Translations under genes and position numbers: made by a program
Shown: positions 32,319 to 42,123 of the stretch, one piece after another
How positions within the stretch are numbered: the first letter of the stretch is position 1
How the letters are laid out: each line of letters opens with the position of its first letter
Source: Acidimicrobiia bacterium
GTDB taxonomy: Bacteria; Actinomycetota; Acidimicrobiia; Spongiisociales; UBA5794
Direction of reading: 5' to 3'
Length of the DNA stretch: 64,000 nt
Assembly (NCBI GenBank): GCA_024762335.1
Contig: JANTHO010000002.1
Span: forward strand, 5,766 to 69,765
The notes under the pieces: generated by a model
What the model was told of the DNA's origin: nothing
The model's input: only the letters and a program-made list of their open reading frames with translations
Database searches by the model: none

Positions 32319-33080
32319 TCACACCAGATGCCCTCCGCCGTCGACCCGGACGATCTCGCCGGTGATGAAGTCGTTCTCGAGGAGGGCGAGCGCCGCGGCA
32401 ACCACCGGATCGGTCCCGCCGACCCGTCCGAGCGGTAGATCCTCTGCGAGCCTCAGTGCGTAGTCGTCGTCCTCCGAGCCCGGCGGGAGGATGACGCCGA
32501 GAGCAACGGCGTTGACCCGGATCCTCGGGGCGAGTTGCAGCGCTGCGGTCCTCGTGAAGGTGTCGATGCCGCCTTTCGCGACGATGTAGCTGAAGTGCTC
32601 TCGATACGGCGCATGAGTACGGACGTCGGTGATGTTGACGACCGACCCGTCCAGGTCGTCCGGAAGCGCATCGGCAAACGCTTGGGTAGCGAACACGGGA
32701 GCGCCCAACGTCAGATCCAGCGTCGCTCTCCATGCATCGAGGTCCACGTTCCGGATCGTGTCCGACGGGAACCCGGATGCACTGTTTACGAGGATCGATG
32801 GGGATCCAAGCCGTTCGGTCGCCATCTTGACGAGTTCGGAGGCCGTCGACGGGTCGGAGAGATCGACCGAACCGACCGCGGCTCGCACACCGAGACGCCG
32901 CGCCATCTCCGCCGTCTCCCGGGCCGGCCCGTCCGAGCGGTTGTAGTGGATGAACACGTCGACGCCGGCCCGTGCCAGGCCGAGTGCAAGCGCTCGGCCG
33001 ACGCGAATGCCGCCGCCGGTGATGATTCCTGTTCGTCCGCGAAGCTCCATACCGGTGAGCGTAACCCGCGGAAGGCCCAT
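32319..33080 (-). CDS. SDR family NAD(P)-dependent oxidoreductase (possibly pteridine-related, given the folate-gene context)
   Basis: Rossmann motif TGIITGGGIRVGRALA and catalytic YxxxK (…YIVAKGG…). Alternative start at 33050. Confidence 0.75.
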   Translation of the reverse strand: MGLPRVTLTGMELRGRTGIITGGGIRVGRALALGLARAGVDVFIHYNRSDGPARETAEMARRLGVRAAVGSVDLSDPSTASELVKMATERLGSPSILVNSASGFPSDTIRNVDLDAWRATLDLTLGAPVFATQAFADALPDDLDGSVVNITDVRTHAPYREHFSYIVAKGGIDTFTRTAALQLAPRIRVNAVALGVILPPGSEDDDYALRLAEDLPLGRVGGTDPVVAAALALLENDFITGEIVRVDGGGHLV

Positions 33081-33130
33081 GTCCTTCCCAGTTCCCTCTC
33101 CGTTCCCGCAGGAGCGCCTATCCTGCTGAC

Positions 33131-33719
33131 CGTGAGCAAGGAAGACCCGAAACCAGGCCGCTGGATCCTCCCCGCCATCGTGGTGGCGCTGATCGGATTC
33201 ACCTATCTGTTCGTCAACGCTCTTCCCCCGGCCGAGATCCCGGTCGGCACCACGACCACGATCGCGGCGCAGAGCACGACGACGACCGTCCCGGAGCTGG
33301 AGACGACCACGACGACTCTTCCGCCGGAGATCGCCGCGTTCCTGAGACTCGTCGATGACTACGCCGCCACGGCGAATCTCGTCGCGGACGATGTCGACAG
33401 CACGAATACGGCGTGGGAGGAGCGGGCGGACGGGGCTCCATCGTTCAACGACACGCTGGCCGCATTCGAGGCGGCTCAGGCGGAAGCCCAGACCCTGAGC
33501 GACAACGTCGAGGGAACGAACCCACCCGATGCATACGCGGCCGTGTGGCCGGACGCGGTGGCAGCCGCAGCCGATCTCCCGACCGGAGTGAACGCGGTGA
33601 TCGAAGGCCTCCGCGCTCCCGACGACGGAACGGCGAGGCGAGAAGCCGTCGCAGCCTACGAGGAACTCACCGCGACGTTCCTCGCGGCCCTCGACGAAGT
33701 CAAAGCCGCAACCCCGTAG
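33131..33719 (+). CDS. membrane-anchored hypothetical protein with Thr-rich linker
   Basis: GTG start at 33131; the start is uncertain. N-terminal TM helix WILPAIVVALIGFTYLFV, then TTTTIAAQSTTTTVPELETTTTTLPP, then an Ala-rich helical region. Confidence 0.45.
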
Positions 33720-33737
33720 ACCGGGACCGGGTTCCGG

Positions 33738-34742
33738 CTACCCGTTCTCCAGGGCGCTGCAGATCGTGTCGGTCATCAGGCGGGCCACGACGTACGGGTC
33801 GGCGTTGGCGTTCGGGCGCCGGTCCTCGAGGTAGCCCTTCTTCTCCTTGGCCGTCTGCCACGGGATCCGGACCGACGCGCCGCGGTTCGACACGCCGTAC
33901 GAGTACTCGGTCCACGGCGCCGTCTCGTGCAGGCCGGTCAGCCGCCGCTGGATCCCTGCGCCGTAGTTCGCGATGTGCTCATCGGCTTTCTCCCCGAGCG
34001 CCTCGCAGGCCGCGATGATCGGGTCGTAGGATTCCCGCATCGCCTTCGTCGAGAAATTCGTGTGCATGCCGGCACCGTTCCAGTCGCCTTCGACCGGCTT
34101 TGGATTGAGGTGAGCGGAGATGTCGTAGTTCTCGGCGATGCGATAGAGCAGCCAGCGAGCCATCCACAGGTGATCACCGACGGATACCGGGTCGAGTGGG
34201 CCGATCTGGAACTCCCACTGACCGATCATTACCTCCGCATTGGTCCCGGAAATCATCAGCCCGGCCTCGATGCAGGCGGCCGTGTGATCCTCGACGACGT
34301 CGCGGCCCCAGATCTCGTCCGATCCGACACCGCAGTAGTACCCGCCCTGTGGCGCCGGATACCCGCCGATCGGCCAACCGTGGGGGCGTCCGTCCTTGTA
34401 GAACGTGTACTCCTGTTCGAGTCCGAACCACGGCTCCTGATCTGCATACCGTTCGTAGGCGGCCACGCAAGCGGCCCGGTGGTTCGACGGATGCGGCTCC
34501 ATGTCCACGTTCAGCACTTCACAAAGGACGAGGACGTCGTCACCTCCGCGGATCGGGTCGGGTCGCACGAATACCGGCCGCAGCACGCAGTCCGATTCGG
34601 TCCCCGGAGCCTGCTCGGTGCTCGATCCGTCGAACCCCCACAGGGGTGGCTCTTCACCGCTGGGAATGACCTTCGTCTTCGATCGGAGCTTGGCCGTCGG
34701 CTTCTGCCCATCGATCCATATGTATTCGGCCCGATAGGGCAT
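33738..34742 (-). CDS. glnII: glutamine synthetase type II (eukaryote-like GSII)
   Basis: Start at the ATG at 34742 with a GGAGGA RBS: MPYRAEYIWIDGQKPTAKLRSKTK… is a classic GSII N-terminus. Motifs …WPIGGYPAPQGGYYCGVG… and …NGAGMHTNFST…. Confidence 0.85.
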   Translation of the reverse strand: MPYRAEYIWIDGQKPTAKLRSKTKVIPSGEEPPLWGFDGSSTEQAPGTESDCVLRPVFVRPDPIRGGDDVLVLCEVLNVDMEPHPSNHRAACVAAYERYADQEPWFGLEQEYTFYKDGRPHGWPIGGYPAPQGGYYCGVGSDEIWGRDVVEDHTAACIEAGLMISGTNAEVMIGQWEFQIGPLDPVSVGDHLWMARWLLYRIAENYDISAHLNPKPVEGDWNGAGMHTNFSTKAMRESYDPIIAACEALGEKADEHIANYGAGIQRRLTGLHETAPWTEYSYGVSNRGASVRIPWQTAKEKKGYLEDRRPNANADPYVVARLMTDTICSALENG

Positions 34743-34839
34743 GGTTCCTCCACAGTTGGGTTCGGCGCGCGGAATCTTGCCACACCCCGGATCGCTTCGC
34801 ACGCTATCGGCGACCGGGAAGTGTGAGCCTGTCGGCGGT

Positions 34840-36354
34840 TCAGACGAATTCGATCCCCTGGGCGAGCGGAAGTTCGCCGGACCAGTTGATCGTCACGGTC
34901 TGGCGACGCATGTACGCCTTCCACGCGTCGGAGCCGGATTCACGGCCGCCGCCGGTTTCCTTCTCGCCGCCGAACGCCCCGCCGATCTCGGCGCCCGACG
35001 GGCCGATGTTGACGTTGGCGATCCCGCAGTCTGAACCCTCCGGTCCGAGGAACTGCTCGGATGCACTCACCGAGTCGGTGAAGATGGATGACGAAAGACC
35101 CTGGGTTACGCCGTTGTTGATCTTGATCGCCTCTTCGACCGAGTCGACTTCGATCACGTAGAGGATCGGAGCGAACGTCTCGATCTGGAGGATGGGAGCG
35201 TCGGATGGCATCTTGATGATCGTCGGCTCAACGAAGTGGCCGGGTCCGTCGATGACGCCGCCTCCGTGGAGGAGTTCGCCACCCTGCTCCTGTGCGATGC
35301 CGACCGCGGCGGAGAAGTTGGCGACCGCGATCTCGTCGATGAGCGGCCCCATGAGATTCGCATCGTCGAGCGGATCACCGATCTGGACGGTGCGATAGGC
35401 GGAGACGAGCCGGCGGCTCAGCTCTTCCGACACACCCTTCTGGACGATGAGGCGACGCAGCGAGGTGCACCGCTGGCCCGCCGTTCCGACGGCAGCGAAG
35501 ACGGCCGCTCTCGTAGCGAGATCGAGATCGGCATCGTCCATGACGATCATGGCGTTGTTCCCGCCGAGTTCGAGGAGCGACCGTCCGAGGCGCTTGGCGA
35601 CGGCCACACCGACCTTCTCGCCCATACCGCACGAACCGGTCGCGGAGATCAGCGGAACACGCCGGTCGTTGATCATGACGTCACCAACCTCGGCTCCCGA
35701 ACCCACTGCGAGGCTGAAGACACCCTCGAACCCGGAGCCTTCCATGACCCGTTCGGCCAGCTTCGTCGTTGCCACAGCGGTGAGCGGCGTTTTCGAAGAC
35801 GGCTTCCAGATGAGCGTGTCTCCGGCGACGGCGGCGATCATGGCGTTCCACGCCCAGACGGCGACGGGGAAGTTGAATGATGTGATGATCCCGACCGGTC
35901 CGAGCGGCTGCCACTGTTCGTACATGCGGTGGCGCGGGCGTTCCGACGCGATCGTGAGACCGTAGAGCTGCCGGGAGAGGCCCACGGCAAAGTCGGTGAT
36001 GTCGATCATCTCCTGAACTTCGCCCTCACCTTCAGCTTTGATCTTCCCCATTTCGAGCGCGACGAGCGCGCCGAGCGGTTCCTGATACTCCCGGAGCATG
36101 TCGCCGATGTCGCGTACGAACTTGCCTCGCTCGGGCGCCGGCAGCATGCGCCACTCGGTGAACGTGTCGGTTGCCGTGGCAACAACCTTCTCGTAGTCGT
36201 CCCCGTCGGCCCGTTTGACGGAACCGATGACCTCGCCGGTCGACGGGTTCTCCACTTCGAGCAGCGTCCCGCCGGTCTCGAGCCATCCGCCGGCGTAGGC
36301 GCCGGCGTTGACGTCGTTCAGATCGAGAGCGGAGAAGATGGCGTCACGGTTCAC
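34840..36354 (-). CDS. aldehyde dehydrogenase family 7 (alpha-aminoadipic semialdehyde / piperideine-6-carboxylate dehydrogenase, antiquitin-like)
   Basis: ALDH catalytic region …ELGGNNAMIVMDDADLD… and FGGEKETGGGRESGSDAWK, which is typical of ALDH7. Confidence 0.8.
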   Translation of the reverse strand: MNRDAIFSALDLNDVNAGAYAGGWLETGGTLLEVENPSTGEVIGSVKRADGDDYEKVVATATDTFTEWRMLPAPERGKFVRDIGDMLREYQEPLGALVALEMGKIKAEGEGEVQEMIDITDFAVGLSRQLYGLTIASERPRHRMYEQWQPLGPVGIITSFNFPVAVWAWNAMIAAVAGDTLIWKPSSKTPLTAVATTKLAERVMEGSGFEGVFSLAVGSGAEVGDVMINDRRVPLISATGSCGMGEKVGVAVAKRLGRSLLELGGNNAMIVMDDADLDLATRAAVFAAVGTAGQRCTSLRRLIVQKGVSEELSRRLVSAYRTVQIGDPLDDANLMGPLIDEIAVANFSAAVGIAQEQGGELLHGGGVIDGPGHFVEPTIIKMPSDAPILQIETFAPILYVIEVDSVEEAIKINNGVTQGLSSSIFTDSVSASEQFLGPEGSDCGIANVNIGPSGAEIGGAFGGEKETGGGRESGSDAWKAYMRRQTVTINWSGELPLAQGIEFV

Positions 36355-36396
36355 GTTCGGACCTCCTGGAATGGATTGTTGACGGTCGTTGGGGTG

Positions 36397-36777
36397 CTAG
36401 CGGGCGGCAATCGTTTCGATCTCGACGAGGAATCCGCCGGGGAGGGCCGAGACCTCGACCGTCGAACGCGCCGGTTTCGCGTCGCCGACATATTCGCCGT
36501 ACACGGCGTTCACCGCGGCGAAGTCGTCCATGTTGGTGACGAAGATCGTCGTCTTCACGATGTCTGCGTATCCGAGGCCGACGTCACCGAGAACCGCACC
36601 GATGTTGCGCATGATCTGATCGGTCTGCTCGGCAGCACCGCCTTCCACGACGGCGCCGTCCGCTGGGTTGATGGCGATCATCCCCGAGACGAAGACCAGT
36701 CCGTGCGCTTCGGTGACGATGCTGTAGGGACCGAGCGGTTTCGGCCCGCTCGGAGCATCGTGAATCTGTTTCGGCAT
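36397..36777 (-). CDS. ridA: RidA family protein (YjgF/reactive-intermediate deaminase)
   Basis: 126 aa: …PLGPYSIVTEAHGLVFVSGMIAINPADG… and the C-terminal ARSTVEVSALPGGFLVEIE. Confidence 0.8.
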   Translation of the reverse strand: MPKQIHDAPSGPKPLGPYSIVTEAHGLVFVSGMIAINPADGAVVEGGAAEQTDQIMRNIGAVLGDVGLGYADIVKTTIFVTNMDDFAAVNAVYGEYVGDAKPARSTVEVSALPGGFLVEIETIAAR

Positions 36778-36819
36778 GGGACCTCCCGGATCGTTCGGGA
36801 GGCAGTCTACGAGGGTTCG

Positions 36820-37149
36820 TCAGCCGCGTTTTCCGCAGGTGCAGGAGTGGCCGCTCTCGTTCGGGTTGTCGATCGCAAAGCCCGCGCCTGCGAGACCATC
36901 GTCCCGGAAGTCGATCGTTGACCCCATCAGCCGATCGACGCTCCGTTCGTCGATCACGACGTTGAACGCACCGGTCTCCACGACTGTGTCCGTCACAGAC
37001 GCACCGGTATCGAAGTGCAGGTCGTAGCGGAACCCGGAGCATCCTCCCGGCTTGGCACCGAGCCTGAGAACGAGAGTCTCATCCCCTTCGCCATCGAGCA
37101 GTTCCCGCACCTTGTTGATTGCTGAGTCGGTAAGCATCACCGGCGTCAT
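36820..37149 (-). CDS. HesB/IscA/ErpA family iron-sulfur cluster insertion protein
   Basis: Start at the ATG at 37149 after GGAGGAGG. C-terminal SGHSCTCG motif and GGCSGFRY. Confidence 0.8.
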   Translation of the reverse strand: MTPVMLTDSAINKVRELLDGEGDETLVLRLGAKPGGCSGFRYDLHFDTGASVTDTVVETGAFNVVIDERSVDRLMGSTIDFRDDGLAGAGFAIDNPNESGHSCTCGKRG

Positions 37150-37239
37150 TGCACATCGCCTCCTCCGCGCGTCGCACTGCAACTCTAACTCCTATCGCCG
37201 TGTTGGGAATAGGGAATCTCATTCGATAGCATCGGCCGG

Positions 37240-38376
37240 GTGACGAAACGAGCAGACATTGAGGCCGCTCTACGCGGAGTGATCGACCCCGAACTGAACG
37301 CGGACATCGTCGAACTCGGCATGGTGAGCGACATCAAGGTGGACGGTGCTCACGTCTCGATCGGCGTCGCCCTCACCGTGGCGGCGTGCCCGATGCGAAA
37401 CCAGATCGAGTCCGATGTGGTCCGGAAGGTCGCCGCGATCCCCGGGATCGATGACGTGACCGTCGACGTCACCGCGATGAACGCCGAACAACGGTCGGAA
37501 CTCATGAGCAAGGTTCGCCTGCGTGCCCGTGAGAACGCGACGCCGACGATGATCAGTCCACAGACCCGGGTCATCGCCGTCTCGAGTGGCAAGGGCGGCG
37601 TCGGCAAGTCGTCGCTCAGCGTCAATCTGGCGTTGGCCATCTCGGCGCTTGGACACCGAACGGGACTCCTCGATGCCGACATCTGGGGATTCTCGGTTCC
37701 GAGAATGCTCGCTTCGACAGATGCCCGTCTCGAAGCGGGCGAGAACCGCAAGATCCAGCCGCTCCAGGCGACCGGTCTGGAGATCGTCTCGACCGGGTTG
37801 CTCGTCGACGACGAGGACACGGCGCTCATGTGGCGGGGACTGATGCTCTCGAAAGCGCTCGAACAGTTCCTCACCGACGTGGCGTGGAGTCCGAATCTCG
37901 GATACCTCATCATCGACATGCCCCCCGGAACCGGTGACGTGCAGATGGCTCTGTCGCGCATGCTCCCGCAGGCCGAAATGGTCGTTGTGACCACGCCGCA
38001 GCGCGCCGCACAGAAGGTCGCGGCACGGGTCGCAGACATGGCCCGCAGGTCGCACATGCCGGTCGTCGGCGTCGTCGAGAACATGTCCGGTTTCACCACA
38101 GAGGACGGTCGCCACTACGACCTGTTCGGATCGGGAGGCGGCCTCGAACTGGCCGATCAGCTCGGCGTTCCCCTTCTCGGCCGGGTGCCCCTCGACCCCG
38201 GTGTCGTCAACGGCGGCGACGAGGGGCGGCCCGTCGTCACCGAGGATCCGAACGGCCCCGCCGGAACTGAGATCCGATCGATCGCCGCCCGTCTCACGGA
38301 ACTGATCCCCCCCGCCGCCGAAGACACCTGCACCGCCCGCATCGCCGTCCTGGCCGAACAACTCGAACACCTGTAG
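37240..38376 (+). CDS. Mrp/ApbC family Fe-S cluster carrier ATPase
   Basis: N-terminal DUF59-like region. P-loop AVSSGKGGVGKSSLSVNLA and CPMR motif. GTG start at 37240. Confidence 0.85.
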   Translation: MTKRADIEAALRGVIDPELNADIVELGMVSDIKVDGAHVSIGVALTVAACPMRNQIESDVVRKVAAIPGIDDVTVDVTAMNAEQRSELMSKVRLRARENATPTMISPQTRVIAVSSGKGGVGKSSLSVNLALAISALGHRTGLLDADIWGFSVPRMLASTDARLEAGENRKIQPLQATGLEIVSTGLLVDDEDTALMWRGLMLSKALEQFLTDVAWSPNLGYLIIDMPPGTGDVQMALSRMLPQAEMVVVTTPQRAAQKVAARVADMARRSHMPVVGVVENMSGFTTEDGRHYDLFGSGGGLELADQLGVPLLGRVPLDPGVVNGGDEGRPVVTEDPNGPAGTEIRSIAARLTELIPPAAEDTCTARIAVLAEQLEHL

Positions 38377-38379
38377 CCC

Positions 38380-38830
38380 CACCTGCAATCTCTTCGACTG
38401 CAACGCTTCACAGAAAAGGTGAGGGCGTGGACGGCGGCTTCGCGCACTCTCCCCCGGCCCGTAGGGCTGGGGGAGATGCCCGGAGGGCAGAGGGGGATGC
38501 GTGGAGCCCACGGATCGCAAGGGTGAGGTGATCCCGCTACTGAAGGCCCGTGTGTATCCGTGGAACCGCGCCCGGGCTGATCTCGGGATGGCACCTCCCC
38601 CCCACCCAGTTCGAGCAGAGCTCGAACGCGTCCCCCCATCGCTTCGCTCTGGTGGGACGTGAACTGGGGGTCGAACGCTCTTGTCGTCGAGAGTCCGTGG
38701 ATTCAGGCGCAGTGGGGGAGAATGGGAACCCGTTCGGTGCCTCAGAGAAACCACCGGTTCAGGCGAAGCGATGAAGATTGGAAAAGAGCGCTCTCACGAT
38801 CCCGGGCTCTTGGCTCTTGGCTCTTGACTC
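38380..38830. repeat. non-coding repeat island A, homologous and inverted relative to island B (47444-48112); ends in 3.5 units of the CTCTTGR heptamer
   Basis: The six-frame track shows overlapping ORFs in all frames; the strongest apparent protein-level similarity between the two islands, the PWIQAQWGR peptide motif, traces to a single shared DNA module. Shared modules: 38408-38430 matches the reverse complement of 48001-48025. The hairpin TCTCCCCC…GGGGGAGA followed by GATGCCCG(C/G)AGGGCAGAGGGGG is at 38448-38492 and at 47615-47666. CCGTGGATTCAGGCGCAGTGGGGGAGAATGG…GGTGCCTCAGAGAAACC is at 38693-38760 and at 47541-47600 (reverse complement). Heptamers GGCTCTT GGCTCTT GGCTCTT GACTCTT are at 38797-38828. 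Confidence 0.7.
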
Positions 38831-40156
38831 TTATCTACAGAGTTTGTCGACCATGGGGTAGGGGTTCGCCCAGTCGCCGCCGCCGGGCTTCCAGCCGAGA
38901 TGCAGATGGGGGAGCCAGGACGGAGCGTTGCCTGTCGTGCCGACCGTCCCGATCATGTCCCCGGCCGAGACTCGCTGTCCTCCTGCGAGCCCGTCGGCCC
39001 AGGAATCCATGTGGGCGTAGTAGTAGATGTCACCCGAGTTGCCCTGTAGGTACACCGAGATCCCACCGAGGGTGCTGTTCGACAGCCGGTAGATGCGTCC
39101 CGTCTCCATCGCGACGAGTGGCGTTCCTCGCGACGCCGACATGTCGACGCCTTTGTGTGTCCTGCCACCGGATCGGGGCGCTCCCCACGTATCGGAGAAC
39201 GAAACGGCACCGTCGACGGGACAGACCCGTCCGGCCGTTGAGACGGGAGGGGTCGTCGTGGTCGTCGTTGGTGCCACAGTGGTCGTGGTGGATGACGTGC
39301 TCGTCGTCGTCTCTTCGTCGGACGGCGGGGCGGTTGTCGTGGTCGGAGCCATCGTCGTCGATGTCGTGGTAGTCGTCGTGGAAGATGTCGTGGTTGTGGT
39401 TGGAGCAGCGGTCGTGGTCGTGGAGACAGTTGCCTTCGCAATCGTCGTGGTCGTCGACGTAGCCGCCACGGCTGCGGCAGCAGCGGCTGCAGCGGCGGCC
39501 TCCTCCCTCTTTCGCTCCGCCTCGAGTTTACGCTGTCGTTGCTCTTCGGCGAGGCGCCGGCGCTCGGCTTCCTGCCGCTCCCAGGTGGCCTGCATCTCCC
39601 GATATTCGGCGTTCGCAGCGTCGAGGTCGGTAAGGAGTTGAGCCGCGAGCCCCTCGATCTCGGTTACGAGTTCACGCTGTCGCGACAGTGCAGCGTCGAG
39701 GGTCTCAACCTGCTCGCGATACTCAGTCTCGACGGCCATCCATTCATCCACGATCTTGCGATCGTGGTCGCTTGCGGCCTCGAGATACGTGCCCCGAACA
39801 GGAATGTCGATGAAAGCGTTCGCTCCGAGCACCGCAGAGACGGCACCGTCGGAACCGGCGGTCATATAGAGCTCACGAACGACATCCTGAGCCGTCAGGC
39901 GAAGCACGGCGAGCCGTTGCTCGGTCTCGGTGACCCGAGTGGCGAGACCGTGAAGGCTCTCGCGAATCTGAATCTCCTCAGCGACCGCCGCTTCGTATTG
40001 CGCATCCGTTGCTTCGAGGCTCGCAGAGATCTCGGCGTTGCGTTGGCGCGCAGTTTCCAGATCCGCCTGGGTGACCTCGCGTTCTTCGACGGCGAACGCA
40101 GGCGCTGCCAAACCGAGGATCAGAACAAGAATGAGGGCGATTCGCATATCGATCAT
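38831..40156 (-). CDS. M23 family metallopeptidase with N-terminal coiled-coil and Thr/Ala-rich linker (secreted)
   Basis: Signal peptide MIDMRIALILVLILGLAAPAFA. Long coiled-coil region, then a poly-Thr linker. C-terminal M23 motifs HKGVDMSA…GNSGD…HLHLG. Confidence 0.85.
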   Translation of the reverse strand: MIDMRIALILVLILGLAAPAFAVEEREVTQADLETARQRNAEISASLEATDAQYEAAVAEEIQIRESLHGLATRVTETEQRLAVLRLTAQDVVRELYMTAGSDGAVSAVLGANAFIDIPVRGTYLEAASDHDRKIVDEWMAVETEYREQVETLDAALSRQRELVTEIEGLAAQLLTDLDAANAEYREMQATWERQEAERRRLAEEQRQRKLEAERKREEAAAAAAAAAAVAATSTTTTIAKATVSTTTTAAPTTTTTSSTTTTTTSTTMAPTTTTAPPSDEETTTSTSSTTTTVAPTTTTTTPPVSTAGRVCPVDGAVSFSDTWGAPRSGGRTHKGVDMSASRGTPLVAMETGRIYRLSNSTLGGISVYLQGNSGDIYYYAHMDSWADGLAGGQRVSAGDMIGTVGTTGNAPSWLPHLHLGWKPGGGDWANPYPMVDKLCR

Positions 40157-40935
40157 CTCGCGTTCAACTCGACCATCGTCGATGGCCCCACTGCGCCCGC
40201 CGGAAACCTTACTTGTCCATCGGCATACAGCTTGCGCATCTGAACGATGACCTGGTGGGTCGCGGCGTCACGCAACCCGGTTGGAACGAAGTCGTACACG
40301 GCGTCGACCACCTCCCCGACCGTCTTCGCGCCCGCCCGGATGGTGTCGAGGATCTCAGCCTCCCTGGCCACCCGGTGATCGATGTACCCGTCGATCACCG
40401 TGCCGGCATCGTCCATTGATGGGCCATGCCCCGGTTCGATGCGCCCCACGTTGAGATCCCGGATCCGGTACAGCGACTCCATGTATGCCGTGGCGTCCTC
40501 CATGACGACGGTCGATCCGCCCATGATGTGGTCACCCGTGAAGAGACGGTCTCCGAGACGGAAGCAGAGATGATCCGCCGTGTGTCCGGGTGTGTGGACC
40601 GCTGCGATGGCCACGGCACCGACGGCGACCGCATCCCCGTCGGCGAGACGCCTATCGGGATCGAACTCCGGACCCGGTTCGTATCCGTAGACCGGCACGT
40701 CGAGCCGTCTCGCGAGCGGGTTCGCGAGCGGAGCATGATCCGGATGCGTGTGGGTTGCGATCACGGCGACGGGGGATCGACCGGTGACGGCGCCGACGAT
40801 TGCCAGGAGATGGCTCTCGATGACCGGCCCGGGATCGATGACGGCCACCTCGCCGCCATCGGCCACCAGATATGTGTTGGTTCCCGGCCCCGTGTAGATG
40901 CCGGGATTCGGCGCGAGGATTCGCTCAATCATCAT
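40153..40935 (-). CDS. MBL-fold metallo-hydrolase
   Basis: HTHPDH motif (IATHTHPDHAPL) and …TPGHTADH…. The ATG at 40935 overlaps the NUDIX stop (ATGA); the stop overlaps the M23 start. Confidence 0.8.
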   Translation of the reverse strand: MMIERILAPNPGIYTGPGTNTYLVADGGEVAVIDPGPVIESHLLAIVGAVTGRSPVAVIATHTHPDHAPLANPLARRLDVPVYGYEPGPEFDPDRRLADGDAVAVGAVAIAAVHTPGHTADHLCFRLGDRLFTGDHIMGGSTVVMEDATAYMESLYRIRDLNVGRIEPGHGPSMDDAGTVIDGYIDHRVAREAEILDTIRAGAKTVGEVVDAVYDFVPTGLRDAATHQVIVQMRKLYADGQVRFPAGAVGPSTMVELNAR

Positions 40936-41711
40936 GTCGGTCGGAAGTCCGGGGGAACGTCGCCACCGGCCGAGACGACTTCCATGATTTTGGCCATGAG
41001 ACCGGGATCCCGTTCGGCCGCGCCCGCCGACTCGAAGCCATCGTCGCCCGGGATCAAGATCAGGATCCTCCTGCCGTTCACGGAGAGTCTCGGCTGGATC
41101 GTCCGGACCGGACCCGCGCCCTCGATGTGTTCGATCACATCGCGCACCGACCGATGGGATGCGAAGAACTCCACCGTCTTCAGCGTCGGGAACGCCACGA
41201 CCCATGTTCCGGTGGCCGATCGCTCGAGCGCCTCGCGAGGTTGAACCCACGCGCCGTCGACGAGTTCGCAGCCGTCGACGATCGGATCGACTCCGGCCGG
41301 TGTCGGCGCCACGAAGAACTTCGTATCGAACCGGATCGGCAACGGGGCGGGCGTGATCCATCGGGCGAAGAACCGGAGCGAGTCGCCGTCGAACCGGTCA
41401 CCGAATCCGTCGACGCTCGTGAACACCTCGGATCCGGACGGCCGCTCGGCGGTGGCTCTCGGTCCGGACCGCAGGAGCCAGATGCCGGTCTCTTCGACGA
41501 GTTCCCGCACGGCCGCGGCCTGCCATGGATCGAGTCGGCTTTCCGTTGATTGGACATGTGCATCCGATTCGTCGACGGAGCCGCCGGGGAACACCCAGGC
41601 TCCCCCCATGAACCGGGCTTGGGGCGTTCTGCGCACCATGAGGACTTCGACGCCGGCGACGCCGTCACGGATCAGGCACACCGTCGAGGCGTCCCGTGCC
41701 GGGGCACTCAC
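40932..41711 (-). CDS. NUDIX hydrolase
   Basis: Nudix box …GGSVDESDAHVQSTESRLDPWQAAAVRELVEETGI…. The GTG at 41711 overlaps the fxsA stop (GTGA). Confidence 0.75.
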   Translation of the reverse strand: MSAPARDASTVCLIRDGVAGVEVLMVRRTPQARFMGGAWVFPGGSVDESDAHVQSTESRLDPWQAAAVRELVEETGIWLLRSGPRATAERPSGSEVFTSVDGFGDRFDGDSLRFFARWITPAPLPIRFDTKFFVAPTPAGVDPIVDGCELVDGAWVQPREALERSATGTWVVAFPTLKTVEFFASHRSVRDVIEHIEGAGPVRTIQPRLSVNGRRILILIPGDDGFESAGAAERDPGLMAKIMEVVSAGGDVPPDFRPT

Positions 41712-42088
41712 GGCACGATCGTCCAACGATTCGCCGAGCGGGCAACGACCCACCTGCGAATCGTCTCACGGACCGCGGGAATCAGGAGGAGGAACCCGGT
41801 CGCATCGGTGAGAAGGCCCGGCGTGAGGAGGAAGGCGCCTGCGATGAGGATCATCGCACCGTGGGCGAGCGAGACACCGGGGAACACTCCCTGGGAGAAG
41901 TCCCGGCGTACCGCGAGATACGTCTCGCGGCCCTGACGGGAAACAAGCCACGATCCGAGAAATGCCGTCGTGACAACGAGCGCGATGGTCCACCAGATTC
42001 CGACGACCCGGCTGAACGACACGAGGAGCGCGATCTCGACGATCGGGACGACGAGAAAGGCGCCGAAGAGGATCCACCGGTATCGCAT
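41708..42088 (-). CDS. fxsA: FxsA family cytoplasmic membrane protein
   Basis: MRYRWILFGAFLVVPIVEIALLVSFSRVVG… is a typical FxsA N-terminus. Start at the ATG at 42088; the track start is a GTG at 42163. Confidence 0.65.
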   Translation of the reverse strand: MRYRWILFGAFLVVPIVEIALLVSFSRVVGIWWTIALVVTTAFLGSWLVSRQGRETYLAVRRDFSQGVFPGVSLAHGAMILIAGAFLLTPGLLTDATGFLLLIPAVRETIRRWVVARSANRWTIVP

Positions 42089-42123
42089 CTGACCGAGGAT
42101 ACCGGTGCCGGTAGTCTGGGTAC

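Noticed and set aside
37195-37215. Shared 11-mer GTTGGGAATAG upstream of mrp (37201) and of ppiB (50652)
   Set aside because: An 11-mer match is expected many times by chance in 64 kb. Positions relative to the start codons differ (about 40 nt versus 13 nt). The mrp copy may simply be a -35-like TTGGGA.
38550-39372. ORFs inside the repeat islands giving peptide repeats such as PWIQAQWGR (also 47425-48032)
   Set aside because: The same DNA module is read in different frames and strands at different copies. There is no consistent frame, and the islands are densely palindromic. They are interpreted as non-coding repeats.
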